Below are positions 43,902-53,701 of a stretch of 63,674 nucleotides of DNA, piece by piece. Under the pieces are notes generated by a model, which saw nothing but the letters and a program-made list of their open reading frames with translations, ran no database searches and had not been told where the DNA came from. The DNA comes from Candidatus Poseidoniia archaeon (GTDB taxonomy: Archaea; Thermoplasmatota; Poseidoniia; MGIII; CG-Epi1), in contig JAPYSW010000003.1 in NCBI GenBank assembly GCA_029936395.1, positions 1 through 63,674 of the forward strand. The letters are read 5' to 3'. Numbering within the stretch: the first letter of the stretch is position 1; every line of letters starts with the position of its first letter. The translations under genes and the position numbers were made by a program.

Positions 43902-46031
43902 ATGGGCTTCGTTTACTTGTCTCAGATGAGTAAAGTTCGTACCTCAGCATATCGCCAAACTCCTACTCCTGAAGGTTTAAAAGCTATCGAAAAAGGTACA
44001 TTAGATTACTTTGATACTGAGATGTATGCAAATTTTAATACTGAAGTTTTAGAAGAATATTTAGAAGAAAAAAATAAACGCGATGGATTTGGAACCACTA
44101 AGTGGAAATGGAACCAAATGCTTCTAGGATTAGTAATTGGTATTCTATTTGCAATAATTAACCAATATGTAGGATTAAAAGTTGGAATGATTGTCTCTGG
44201 TTCTTGGTATGTAGCTTATCTTTCTGCAATGGCCCTAAGGTGGTCCCCTGGCGAAGTTAATCTGTCTGCATCTGCTTCAACTGGAGCATCTATGGTTTGT
44301 ACTGGATTTGTTTTCACTTATCCTGCAATTTATCTATTAGCCTATTCACCTAAATATGAAATGAATGGTAGCTATCTTGTTGATTCTTCTTTACTATTGC
44401 CTGACTCTTGGGCTCTAGCTGGAGTTGCTATGGTTGCTTCTATTCTTGGCGGTTTTTTGGGCTGTCTTTATTTTATTATTTTTAGAAGAGTTTGGTTAGT
44501 AGAAGATCCGTTACCTCTTCCTGGCTTTGAAGCAAATATTAAGTTAATGGATATTGCGGGAGAAACTTCCAAAGAAGGCGGTATGGAAGGTGCTATGCAC
44601 TCTATCCGGCTTGTAGGAATTTCAACAGCCGTAGTTATGTTCTTTACTTTCTTAAGAGACTGGCCTATCTTAGGAACTGGCACTTATGATGCTGCAGGGG
44701 CTGAAATTAAAGATTCTGTTTTAACTTCGGCTTCTAAAAATACTGAATGGTATGATGGTGCAGATTTGATGGTGCCTATGAGCAATCCAATTACTAACTA
44801 TACCTGGTTAGGATTTGAATTAACTCCTATGATGGGGGCAATCGGTTGGTTCATGAGATTCCGTGTTGCGTTGCTAGTTAGTTTAGGGACCTTTTTTACC
44901 TGGTTTATCGTAACGCCATTGGCATACCATTATGATTATCCTTTCTACTATCCACTTGATGGAAATTATCATTCAGTGAGTCAATTTTCTCCAATCGGCT
45001 CAATTATGTCATATAGTTATGTAGCTAGACCGATGGCTATTGGAGCTATTTTAGGCGGAGGAATTACAGGGTTATTGAAAATGGCACCTGTTTTCAAAAC
45101 TACTGCTTCAGACGTTATAGATATTTTCAAAGGTGAAAGTGATGATGCTGCAAGAAAAGATTACATTGAAGGAAAGGGATGGTATGAATGGCCAATTAGT
45201 CATATCCCTATTCTATTACTTGTTTCCTTAATTGGAATTACACTTACCTTTGCTACTCAATTTGGTTTCTTTGCCTCTTTTATTTTCTCGTTAGTTTTAT
45301 GTTTGACAACTTTTGCATTAGGTGCAATCGCAGTAAAAGTCATGGGTGAAACCAGTATTGAGCCGGTTTCTGGAACTAGTTTTATTGTTCTTCTAATGCT
45401 CGTTTTAATTTTCAAAGCAATCGGTTTAAGTGAAAGTGACACTGCCGTTTTAGCTTTAGTTGGAACTACTGTTTTTGGAGGTGCGATATCTATGTCAGGT
45501 ACCGTTATTGGAGATTATAAGCCAGGATTGTATGTGGGTAACCGTCCAATGCACATTATGAAAACCGAATTGCTTGGCATTATTCCCGGGACTATTGTTG
45601 CTGCATTATTTGCAGGGTTGTTGTCCTTAGCTTTAGCTCGTGGAGATCTGATCTTATACGCCCCTCAAGCTAATGCGTTTGCTGCGTTTGCCCAGATTAT
45701 GCTTGGCGGTCAAACTCCTTGGAGTCTATTAATCGTTGGAGTAGTAATTGGCGTCTTCATGGAATTGCTAACAGGAATGGGGACGGCTTTTGGATTGGGC
45801 ATGTACTTGCCTATGGTTGTAACGTTACCAATGGTTGTTGGAGGGGGTTTACGTGATTATTGGGAAAGTCGTTTCCTTGATGTGGAAGTTGAAAAGAAGG
45901 GGTTAAGTGAAAAAGAACGTACCATGAAATTGCTTAACACATATATGATTGCCACAGGTTGTATTGTCGGTGAAGCTTTACTCGGAACTTTTTTGGCCAT
46001 TTACTATGTACTTCCACTTATTACGGGGTAA
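43902..46031 (+). CDS. OPT-superfamily oligopeptide transporter-like protein
   Basis: 709 aa with about 16 TM segments. The first TM region, LLGLVIGILFAIINQYVGLKVGMIVSGSWYVAYLSAMAL, resembles the OPT signature (..G...N.Y.GLK.G...S.S...A.....). Confidence 0.55.
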   Translation: MGFVYLSQMSKVRTSAYRQTPTPEGLKAIEKGTLDYFDTEMYANFNTEVLEEYLEEKNKRDGFGTTKWKWNQMLLGLVIGILFAIINQYVGLKVGMIVSGSWYVAYLSAMALRWSPGEVNLSASASTGASMVCTGFVFTYPAIYLLAYSPKYEMNGSYLVDSSLLLPDSWALAGVAMVASILGGFLGCLYFIIFRRVWLVEDPLPLPGFEANIKLMDIAGETSKEGGMEGAMHSIRLVGISTAVVMFFTFLRDWPILGTGTYDAAGAEIKDSVLTSASKNTEWYDGADLMVPMSNPITNYTWLGFELTPMMGAIGWFMRFRVALLVSLGTFFTWFIVTPLAYHYDYPFYYPLDGNYHSVSQFSPIGSIMSYSYVARPMAIGAILGGGITGLLKMAPVFKTTASDVIDIFKGESDDAARKDYIEGKGWYEWPISHIPILLLVSLIGITLTFATQFGFFASFIFSLVLCLTTFALGAIAVKVMGETSIEPVSGTSFIVLLMLVLIFKAIGLSESDTAVLALVGTTVFGGAISMSGTVIGDYKPGLYVGNRPMHIMKTELLGIIPGTIVAALFAGLLSLALARGDLILYAPQANAFAAFAQIMLGGQTPWSLLIVGVVIGVFMELLTGMGTAFGLGMYLPMVVTLPMVVGGGLRDYWESRFLDVEVEKKGLSEKERTMKLLNTYMIATGCIVGEALLGTFLAIYYVLPLITG

Positions 46032-46087
46032 TTCTATTCGGGCTAAGTATCTTATAAGGCCACATTTTGAAAGATTAGGGACAATTA

Positions 46088-46513
46088 ATGGCAAAAGAAG
46101 AATATGAAACTCCGCTTATTGACGTTTACAACCGTACTCATATGGATGCTCTCCACGAAGATGGGAGTTGGTATCACCGATTTTTACCTGACGGTGTTTT
46201 TCTAGAAGACTTAGGACAAATTGTTGAGGAAGAATTAATTAAAGCCTACAGTGAAGTCGAGAGAGAAGCTGATAAATATTTTGAGGATAAGGTTAAAGAA
46301 CGATTCGCAGAAATTTTTGCTCAAGCTAATCCAAGAGATCTTAGAGGATTATTACCAAAGAAGCCCCCTGTAGCGTGGGCTGAATTGCCTGTTGAAATTC
46401 AAAGAGAGATACAAGTGATGCACGATTCTGCAGAAGGTGAGAAGATTACAGAGAGAACATTGAAAAAGAGGGTGCGACAGTACCTAGTTGATCAGTTTAT
46501 AATTGATGAGTAA
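46088..46513 (+). CDS. Hypothetical acidic helical protein, first gene of the KaiC-like cassette
   Basis: 141 aa with no motif recognised. It ends 5 nt before the KaiC-like gene. Confidence 0.45.
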   Translation: MAKEEYETPLIDVYNRTHMDALHEDGSWYHRFLPDGVFLEDLGQIVEEELIKAYSEVEREADKYFEDKVKERFAEIFAQANPRDLRGLLPKKPPVAWAELPVEIQREIQVMHDSAEGEKITERTLKKRVRQYLVDQFIIDE

Positions 46514-46518
46514 TTAAA

Positions 46519-47331
46519 ATGGCAAAAAAAGAAGTAACAAAACCAATTACGCTGGACCCGCGCGGCGGCCGCCCTAGAGATAAATGTGTAACTTATATTG
46601 AGGGGATTGACCGTATTTTAAACGGCGGAATTCCTATTGGGAATATAACTCTTCTAGCTGGGACTGTTGGTTCTGGAAAGACTACTTTGGCCATGGAATT
46701 TCTTATTAATGGAGCCAAAGCAGGAGAAACCTGCTGTTATATCTCTGTAACTGAACCTTCATCAAAAATGTTGTCTAATTTACAGACTTATGGATTTTTT
46801 GATGATGCTCTTGTTAAAGAAGGGAAACTAAATATTTTTGATTTAACAGTAATTAACGATCGCTTAGGTGTTGAAAGACTAGATGGAACTTATACTGCCA
46901 AAGATATGGAAGCCCTATTGGGAGCATTTGAAGATATTGTTGATGAACTGGGCGTAACTAGGTTAGTTATTGACTCTATTACTGCAGTTTGTTATCAACT
47001 TCCAGATAAAGGAAGTATTCGTAACTTTATTTTTAGATTAAGTCAATTCTTGAGTACGTTTGGATGTACCACTATGTTGATTTCAGAAACTGTTGTTGAC
47101 TCTAACGTTCAAACATATTCTATTTTTGGTGTTGAAGAAGCTGTTGCAGATGGGGTCGTTCTTATGGGTAACATAATTCGACAAGGAGATTTGTTAAGAA
47201 GTTTACAAGTTGTAAAAATGCGAGGAACTAAACATTCTCGAGCAAGGCATCTAATTGAATTAACTCCAATCGGTTTGGCGGTTGTCCCTCTCCTTAAATG
47301 GGGACAAGATGGAGGACAAGCTTTCACATGA
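46519..47331 (+). CDS. Single-domain KaiC/RadA-like (RecA-superfamily) ATPase
   Basis: IEGIDRILNGGIP, Walker A GTVGSGKTT, Walker B-like RLVIDSIT, LQVVKMRGTKHS. Confidence 0.8.
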   Translation: MAKKEVTKPITLDPRGGRPRDKCVTYIEGIDRILNGGIPIGNITLLAGTVGSGKTTLAMEFLINGAKAGETCCYISVTEPSSKMLSNLQTYGFFDDALVKEGKLNIFDLTVINDRLGVERLDGTYTAKDMEALLGAFEDIVDELGVTRLVIDSITAVCYQLPDKGSIRNFIFRLSQFLSTFGCTTMLISETVVDSNVQTYSIFGVEEAVADGVVLMGNIIRQGDLLRSLQVVKMRGTKHSRARHLIELTPIGLAVVPLLKWGQDGGQAFT

Positions 47332-47885
47332 ATGTCAAGGATATTGCAACTGCAATCATCAAAAGTATTAACGATGGTGACACGCTAACAACTGTTCGCA
47401 TTGGGGCTGATTCATTTCATTCGGATACTGTGAAAATTGCATCTGTTTTACTTAGTAAAAAATTAGGTGGAATATATATTACAACTTCAAGGCCATCGTC
47501 CCATATTGTGGATGAATTAGAAGAAACTAAAGTAGATTTGTCTGATCTTTATTTTATAGATTTAGTATCAATGACTGTTGGAGGAAAAACTGACGATCCT
47601 AGAACACTTTATGTTGAATCTCCAACTATGCTTGAATCTATTTTACTGAACATTTCTCTTTTAGAAATGCGACTAAAAGCTAAGAAAAGATTTGTATTGT
47701 TCGATTCTGTTAATGGATTGAGTATCTATTCTGAAGCTCGTGTTCTAAAAGAATTTATTAATGTACTTGGAAATTCTATGCGTATTAAGGAAATTTACAG
47801 TATGTTAATGACTGTTAAAGAACAAACTGGCGAAGAACTTGCATCTGCATTGCAATTGTTATCAGATAAAGTAATAGGTGAATAA
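47328..47885 (+). CDS. KaiC-like fold candidate lacking a P-loop
   Basis: 185 aa from ATG 47328 (ATGA overlap with the upstream stop). Strand-like GGIYITTSRP and KRFVLFDSVNGL occupy Walker A/B-equivalent spacing, but there is no GxxxxGK[ST]. Confidence 0.45.
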   Translation: MNVKDIATAIIKSINDGDTLTTVRIGADSFHSDTVKIASVLLSKKLGGIYITTSRPSSHIVDELEETKVDLSDLYFIDLVSMTVGGKTDDPRTLYVESPTMLESILLNISLLEMRLKAKKRFVLFDSVNGLSIYSEARVLKEFINVLGNSMRIKEIYSMLMTVKEQTGEELASALQLLSDKVIGE

Positions 47886-47886
47886 A

Positions 47887-48648
47887 ATGGCAGAAATAAT
47901 CTCAACGGGAATTGAAAGACTGGATGAAGCTTTAATTGATGGTAAAGGCATTGTAATGGGTACTTCAATGTTGATTGTAGGTAGCGCCGGTTCAGGAAAA
48001 GAATTGCTAGCTAAACAATACGCATCGGCGGGTATTGGATCTGAAAATGTTGTTTATTTTTCAACTGATGAAACTTCAGATGAGTTGATTGATACTTTTG
48101 AACAATACAATTGGCCTACTGATTTTAGAATTGTAAATGTTGGAACTCAATATTTTGAAAAAGTATTATCTCGTGAATTACAAGCATCGCGTTTTAAACA
48201 AGAAGGACTTTCTGTTGCTGAATTGAGAAACTTAGGGTCGTATGGTTCTACATCTGATCAAATTAATTTTGTTGCAGATATGACTTATGAAATTTCTAAA
48301 CTCAAAGCTCCTTTCAGAGTTGTTGTTGATTCCTTGGATTTCTTCATGCAATATTATAATCCAATTGAAGTTTTATCAGCTATGAGAACAATAAAAGAAT
48401 ACGCTCAAGCAAACGGTGGAACTGTAATGTATACTATGTCGGAAGGTTCTCATGAAGCAAGAATCCATAGTCAGATTGAAGCCATCTGTGACGTTGTAAT
48501 TGAACTCGAAGTCGGACGTATGGCTGCTGAGTTTGAAAATAGATTAATTATTAAGAAAATCCGTAATCATCCTGAAAAAGCGGCTGTAATGATTTATGCT
48601 GTAACTGAGCATGGAATTACACCAGAGATGATTACTCGTGTCAGCTGA
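47887..48648 (+). CDS. Divergent KaiC-like ATPase (Walker A GSAGSGKE)
   Basis: TGIERLDEALIDGKG, Walker A-like GSAGSGKEL (Glu where Thr/Ser is expected), Walker B-like RVVVDSLD, IIKKIRNH in place of KMRG. ATG 47887 is 1 nt after the upstream stop. Confidence 0.7.
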   Translation: MAEIISTGIERLDEALIDGKGIVMGTSMLIVGSAGSGKELLAKQYASAGIGSENVVYFSTDETSDELIDTFEQYNWPTDFRIVNVGTQYFEKVLSRELQASRFKQEGLSVAELRNLGSYGSTSDQINFVADMTYEISKLKAPFRVVVDSLDFFMQYYNPIEVLSAMRTIKEYAQANGGTVMYTMSEGSHEARIHSQIEAICDVVIELEVGRMAAEFENRLIIKKIRNHPEKAAVMIYAVTEHGITPEMITRVS

Positions 48649-48807
48649 AGGCGTTGCGGGTTTTGGCATAAAAGAACTGGACTGGGAATTTGGATAATTC
48701 TAGTTATTATCTGGAATTTTAGATACCCTGGTGCAACTCCTACTTTGGACGTCTTGGTTGCTCTAGGGCTATTCTTTGTTAGCAAATTTCTTAAAACTAT
48801 AAGATAA

Positions 48808-49131
48808 CTATTCGCCAGGTAAACGGTACTTTCCTAATTTTACTTTCACCATTTCATCCATTTCTTCTACTGTTATTAATGGAGTTAAATTTCCTGTAAA
48901 AGTTCCAGATGCTGCGATATTGAGGACTAGTCCAGTTACGGTGGTATGGTCTGGAAAATCCATTATTGATACGAAATCATCTTTGCCATAACACCAATAA
49001 TAAGCTTCAACTGTTCCACCGAGAGATTCGACCATCCGTATAGTTTCATCACGGCGTGCGGTCCCGCCTTCTTTTAACAATCCTTTAACGCCCTTTTTGG
49101 TATAACTACCTGAATACATGAATTTCGACAT
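48808..49131 (-). CDS. GYD-domain protein
   Basis: 107 aa. The pattern ...GGTVEAYYWCYGKDDFVSIMDFPDHTTVTGLVLNIAASGTF fits the GYD family. Confidence 0.6.
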   Translation of the reverse strand: MSKFMYSGSYTKKGVKGLLKEGGTARRDETIRMVESLGGTVEAYYWCYGKDDFVSIMDFPDHTTVTGLVLNIAASGTFTGNLTPLITVEEMDEMVKVKLGKYRLPGE

Positions 49132-49202
49132 ATTATCCTAATACTATGGACATATAATAGTTAATACGAAATTGTCTAATAAGGCACCGAACATCCAGTA
49201 TA

Positions 49203-49583
49203 ATGAAAGAGATCGTGATGAGCTCGATGGCTCCGAAACCGATCGGTCCTTACTCACAAGGTGTCGTGTCTGGAAATTATATTTTCCTAAGTGGTCAAGT
49301 TGGCCGTAAGCATGATGCTACTGAATTGGAAAAGGGAGTGGCTGCTCAAACGCGCCAAACAATTCTAAACATAAAGGCCGTATTAGCTAAAAAAAATCTA
49401 AACTTAGATAACGTAGTAAAAACATCTGTTTTTCTTGCAGACATGAATGATTTTGCAGAAATGAATGGAGTTTATTCTGAATTCTTTGACGAAAATACTG
49501 CGCCAGCAAGAACTACAATACAAGCTGCAGCATTGCCATTAGCTGCCGATGTTGAAATTGAGGCCATGGCTTCTTTGGACTGA
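49203..49583 (+). CDS. RidA/YjgF/L-PSP family enamine/imine deaminase
   Basis: APKPIGPYSQGV ... PARTTIQAAALPLAADVEIEA. Confidence 0.9.
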   Translation: MKEIVMSSMAPKPIGPYSQGVVSGNYIFLSGQVGRKHDATELEKGVAAQTRQTILNIKAVLAKKNLNLDNVVKTSVFLADMNDFAEMNGVYSEFFDENTAPARTTIQAAALPLAADVEIEAMASLD

Positions 49584-49584
49584 A

Positions 49585-50427
49585 ATGTACGTTATTAGTG
49601 GATCAACCCATCAGCGACTTGGTGCCTCTTTAGCTGAAGAAATGAAAGCTGAATTTTGTGGTGTTGTAAATCGACATTTTCCCGACGGAGAAAGATATAT
49701 TCGGATATTAATGGATATTGAAAATCAAGATGTTGTTATTGTACAGAACACGTTTCCGGATAAAAAAATTGTTGAACTGTTACTAATGCTTCAAGCTGTT
49801 AAAGATGCAGGAGCAAAAACAATTACTTGTGTTATACCCTATATGGGATATTCAAGACAAGAAAGAGTTTTTCAAAGTGGAGAAGCAATTTCAGCAAAAG
49901 CCATTGCTGGAGCCATTGGAAGTATGTGTGATCGTGTTTTCACCATAAATGTTCATACTCCTTCTATTCTCAACTTTTTTGACTGTGAAGCTAAAGATAT
50001 CAATGGATCTAGGGAAGTTGTCCGTTATTTAAAAGGATTCAAACCACAAATGGTTGTTGCTCCTGATGAGGGATCTAGAGATCGATGTGCGCTTGCTGCA
50101 GAACTATTGAAAGTCCCAATCCATGTTATGAAAAAAGTTAGAATCGACGGGCGAACTGTTGAAACTACTTCTGGACAAATTGATGTTAAAGGTGTAACGG
50201 CTGTTATCTTAGATGATATAATTTCAACAGGGGGAACTATTGCGACCGCCGCCAATATCTTGCGAGATGGAGGGGCTGAACGTGTGTTTGCTGCCTGTAC
50301 TCATGGATTATTTATTGAAGATGCTGCGAATCGCCTAAGGGTTTGTGATGATATTCTTAGTTCGGACACTTTAGAAGGAGTTTACACTAGATTCTCTGTA
50401 GCTCCCGCTATTGCTGATGCTCTGTAA
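49585..50427 (+). CDS. prs: Ribose-phosphate pyrophosphokinase (PRPP synthetase)
   Basis: MYVISGSTHQRLG..., FPDGERYIRI, PYMGYSRQER, VILDDIISTGGT. ATG 49585 is preferred over the track start 49549, which overlaps ridA. Confidence 0.9.
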   Translation: MYVISGSTHQRLGASLAEEMKAEFCGVVNRHFPDGERYIRILMDIENQDVVIVQNTFPDKKIVELLLMLQAVKDAGAKTITCVIPYMGYSRQERVFQSGEAISAKAIAGAIGSMCDRVFTINVHTPSILNFFDCEAKDINGSREVVRYLKGFKPQMVVAPDEGSRDRCALAAELLKVPIHVMKKVRIDGRTVETTSGQIDVKGVTAVILDDIISTGGTIATAANILRDGGAERVFAACTHGLFIEDAANRLRVCDDILSSDTLEGVYTRFSVAPAIADAL

Positions 50428-51404
50428 TGTTTTGGAAAGGGCCTGTATTTACTAGGAATGGATTTGTAGGAAAAGGAATAGATTTAGAAAATTGTAATAT
50501 CATCAGTGATATTGATGGAGGTGAAAATGGAATTATTATTCCTCTCTTCCGTAATTGCCACACACATCTAGGAGATACTTTGGCACGAAAAGAAATTCCT
50601 AAGGATTTGAGTTTAAGTGAACTAGTAGGGCCAAACGGTTGGAAGCATAAATGGTTAGAGAATAATGATCAAAGAACTTCAGCTATCGCAGGTTTGAAAG
50701 AAATTATCAATTCAGGTACAGGATTAGTAATGGATTTTAGGGAGGGTGGAAAAGCTGGCCTAAATGTATTTGATAATATTGAATATCCGGGCAAATTAAT
50801 TCTATTAGGAAGGCCTGTAAACAATGAAGGCTTACCTGGATCTAATGCAGGAATCAGTAGTTTAGTGGATGTCGATAATGCTACTGAGATTGTTTCATCG
50901 GCTCGTAGTAATAACGGACTTGTTGGAATTCATCATTCTGAAAATGAAAGAGAAGAAATTCAACCGCTTCTTGATTTAAAACCTGATTTTGCAGTTCATA
51001 TGTGTCATGCTACTGAATCTGATTTAAAGGAAATTAAAGCTAAAAATATTTCTATAGTAGTTTGCCCAAGAAGTAATCATTATTTTGGAAATAAGCCACC
51101 TTTAGAGAAAATGATTGAACTGGGAATAGATATTGGATTTGGTACTGATAATGGAATGTTGTGTACTGTAAATATGATGGATGAAATTCATTTTATTAGA
51201 ACTGAATATGATTCATTAGAATTGAAAATCATACTCTCTATTGCTTGTTTTGGGCTTAATGATATGTTTAATAAGGACGGAACTTCAACTTATTCTAATC
51301 TAGAACAAAGTGGTTGGATTCTGCTCTCGAGAGTTGAAGAGGACAATTATGAGTCTATCTTTAATCCAACTACTAAAATTCTAGGCATTCGCTGGAGAAA
51401 CTAA
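50427..51404 (+). CDS. Amidohydrolase-superfamily metal-dependent hydrolase (deaminase/chlorohydrolase-like)
   Basis: HxH motif (FRNCHTHLGD), later GIHHSEN, VHMCHAT and GFGTDNG. Confidence 0.65.
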   Translation: MFWKGPVFTRNGFVGKGIDLENCNIISDIDGGENGIIIPLFRNCHTHLGDTLARKEIPKDLSLSELVGPNGWKHKWLENNDQRTSAIAGLKEIINSGTGLVMDFREGGKAGLNVFDNIEYPGKLILLGRPVNNEGLPGSNAGISSLVDVDNATEIVSSARSNNGLVGIHHSENEREEIQPLLDLKPDFAVHMCHATESDLKEIKAKNISIVVCPRSNHYFGNKPPLEKMIELGIDIGFGTDNGMLCTVNMMDEIHFIRTEYDSLELKIILSIACFGLNDMFNKDGTSTYSNLEQSGWILLSRVEEDNYESIFNPTTKILGIRWRN

Positions 51405-51405
51405 A

Positions 51406-53007
51406 ATGGACTTTCAAAAAGTTATTGCCGTCGCAACCCGTCGTGGGATTTTTCAGCCTGCTTACGAGGCTTACGGAGGATTAGCTGGATTCATGGATTA
51501 TGGGCCTGTTGGTGTAAGAATGCGTAGACGTATTCTTGAAGTTTGGAGAAAACATTACGTTATTGACGCAGGATGCCTAGAATTAGATGGTGCTTTGATT
51601 GGCCCAGAGAGTTTGTTTCAGGCATCTGGCCATTTGGGAGAATTCGATGACGCTCTTGTTGATTGTAAAAATTGTGGAAAGCAATTCAGAGCGGATCACT
51701 TAGTAAAGAACGGCGAGGAAATGTCCAGAAAAGAATTGTCTAATGCAATTACGGAAACGAACTGCCCTGGATGTAGTGAAGAACTATCTGAAATGAGTTC
51801 GTTCAATCTCATGTTTTCAACAGGTGTTGGTGCTGGAAAGGGAGCTCCGGGATATTTAAGACCTGAAACTGCTCAAAGCATTTTCTTAGCATTTCCATGG
51901 CTTCTTAGACAAAATAGAGGGAAATTACCTATGGCTGGAGCTCAAATTGGCAGATCTTTTAGAAACGAGATCTCGCCACGCCAAGGGCCTTTACGGATGC
52001 GAGAGTTTACTCAAATGGAAGTGGAGCATTTCTTTTTGCCAACTGATGAGCCTAAACTTTCGAATGAATTAAGAAAAATCACAATTAATCTTCTTGCTGC
52101 AAATGGAAATGAAACTAATTCAACTGTTGGTGAAGCTTTTGATTCTGGGGGAATTAGTTCATCTTTAGTTGCTTGCCATTTAGCAAGAGCTCAGCATTTC
52201 TTAATCACTATCGGAGTCCCTGTTAACAAATTACGTTTCAGGCAACATGGATCTAATGAAATGGCACACTATTCCAGTGATTGCTGGGATGGTGAGATCA
52301 ATACCTCCTTGGGTTGGATAGAGACTGTTGGTGTGGCCCATCGAGGTGATTATGACCTCTCTGCACATGGTAATGCCTCCTCCAAAGAATTTAGAGTTGC
52401 AGTACCAGGTACAGAAAAAGAAATCGAAGTGTGGATGCCTGACGTTGGTAAATTAGGAAAAGAGTTCAAAGGAGATGCGAAAATAATTTTGGAGGCTATC
52501 AAAGATATTGATCTTGAACCTGGAGTTTCTGTCAATGTAAACGGAAAGTCAATTGAATTGAGTGCTGAATATATGTCTCTGAAAACAGAAAGAAGAAGTG
52601 AAATGGTTTATCCTAATGTAGTAGAGCCTTCTTTTGGTTTAGACCGTATTCTTTACTGTTTATTGGAGAGCTCTTGGAAAAGTGATGGGGAAAGAGAGTG
52701 GATTTCGCTTCCTCAAGAAACATCTCCTTATGATTTGTTAGTTGCTCCTTTAATGACAAAAGATGGTTTAGATGAAAAGGCTCAGGAAATATTAAAATCT
52801 GCTGTAAATGTTGGAATTGACGCTTACTATGATGAGGCGGGATCAATTGGTAGAAGGTATGCTAGAGCTGATGAAATTGGTATCTTCTTCTCAATGACAA
52901 TCGACCATCAAACTTTAGAAGATGGAACTGTTACTTTACGAGAAAGGGATTCTAAAAATCAAAAAAGAATTTCTATTGAAAACGCAATAAACAAAGTAAG
53001 GAGATAG
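51406..53007 (+). CDS. glyS: Glycyl-tRNA synthetase (archaeal/eukaryotic class II type)
   Basis: RRGIFQPAYEAYGGLAGFMDYGPVG, RPETAQSIF, GRSFRNEISPR, FTQMEVEHF and a C-terminal anticodon-binding domain. Confidence 0.9.
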   Translation: MDFQKVIAVATRRGIFQPAYEAYGGLAGFMDYGPVGVRMRRRILEVWRKHYVIDAGCLELDGALIGPESLFQASGHLGEFDDALVDCKNCGKQFRADHLVKNGEEMSRKELSNAITETNCPGCSEELSEMSSFNLMFSTGVGAGKGAPGYLRPETAQSIFLAFPWLLRQNRGKLPMAGAQIGRSFRNEISPRQGPLRMREFTQMEVEHFFLPTDEPKLSNELRKITINLLAANGNETNSTVGEAFDSGGISSSLVACHLARAQHFLITIGVPVNKLRFRQHGSNEMAHYSSDCWDGEINTSLGWIETVGVAHRGDYDLSAHGNASSKEFRVAVPGTEKEIEVWMPDVGKLGKEFKGDAKIILEAIKDIDLEPGVSVNVNGKSIELSAEYMSLKTERRSEMVYPNVVEPSFGLDRILYCLLESSWKSDGEREWISLPQETSPYDLLVAPLMTKDGLDEKAQEILKSAVNVGIDAYYDEAGSIGRRYARADEIGIFFSMTIDHQTLEDGTVTLRERDSKNQKRISIENAINKVRR

Positions 53008-53008
53008 A

Positions 53009-53410
53009 TTGAATTCTATAATAGTACATCTCCTAGCTCTAGGATATGGAATCCCATTTATTTTAGTTGGAATTGACCATTTTCGTTCTCCTCAAAAATT
53101 TGTAGATATTGTTCCTAATTATTTACCATTTGCATTATTCTTAGTTTATCTGACTGGAATAATGGAGGTAGCTGGAGGTTTGGGAATTATTTATCCTGAA
53201 ACAAGGGAAATTACTGGAAGATTTATGGTGTTATTCTTGCTAGCAGTTTATCCTGCAAATTTCCACATGTGGATTAATGATGTTCCATTCAACGGCACTA
53301 AACTTACCACAAATGGACATCTTGTGAGATTGTTTGTTCAATTTCTATTGATTATCACTGCGCTAGGATTTTCTGGAGATTTAGAAAAATTAAGAAACTT
53401 TAAAAAGTAG
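53009..53410 (+). CDS. DoxX-like small membrane protein
   Basis: 133 aa with four TM segments. IDHFRSPQKFVDIVPNYLP...EVAGGLGII...AVYPANFHM resembles the DoxX-like family. TTG start. Confidence 0.5.
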   Translation: MNSIIVHLLALGYGIPFILVGIDHFRSPQKFVDIVPNYLPFALFLVYLTGIMEVAGGLGIIYPETREITGRFMVLFLLAVYPANFHMWINDVPFNGTKLTTNGHLVRLFVQFLLIITALGFSGDLEKLRNFKK

Positions 53411-53434
53411 ATGGCTTTGCAACACGGAGAATAA

Positions 53435-53593
53435 ATGTGTAGAAAGGTAACCTGTAGAACATGTCAAAAAGCCACTTGGAAGGGCTGCGGGCTGCACATC
53501 GAAATGGTACTCAAGGGCATATCAAAAAATCAACGATGCGGCTGTGAAAAGCCAAATACGGGTAGTTTCCTTTCTTGGATTTTTGGCAAATAG
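53435..53593 (+). CDS. Small cysteine-rich protein (52 aa), putative zinc-binding
   Basis: Not in the ORF track. Own translation: MCRKVTCRTCQKATWKGCGLHIEMVLKGISKNQRCGCEKPNTGSFLSWIFGK, with the pattern C-x4-C-x2-C-x7-C...C-x-C. Confidence 0.45.
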   Translation: MCRKVTCRTCQKATWKGCGLHIEMVLKGISKNQRCGCEKPNTGSFLSWIFGK

Positions 53594-53650
53594 ATGTGTT
53601 GAATTACTAACAACAGATGCTAATATCTGTTTCTATGCTGGATTAATCTA

Positions 53651-53662
53651 AAAAATATAAAT
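53651..53662 (+). promoter_or_regulatory. TATA-box-like element (AAAAATATAAAT) upstream of the phosphopantothenate synthetase gene
   Basis: Centred about 45 nt upstream of GTG 53702, consistent with a short 5' UTR. Confidence 0.3.
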
Positions 53663-53701
53663 TGAATTAATTTAATTTCACCCCCCCTGTATTCGTTTAA
53701 T

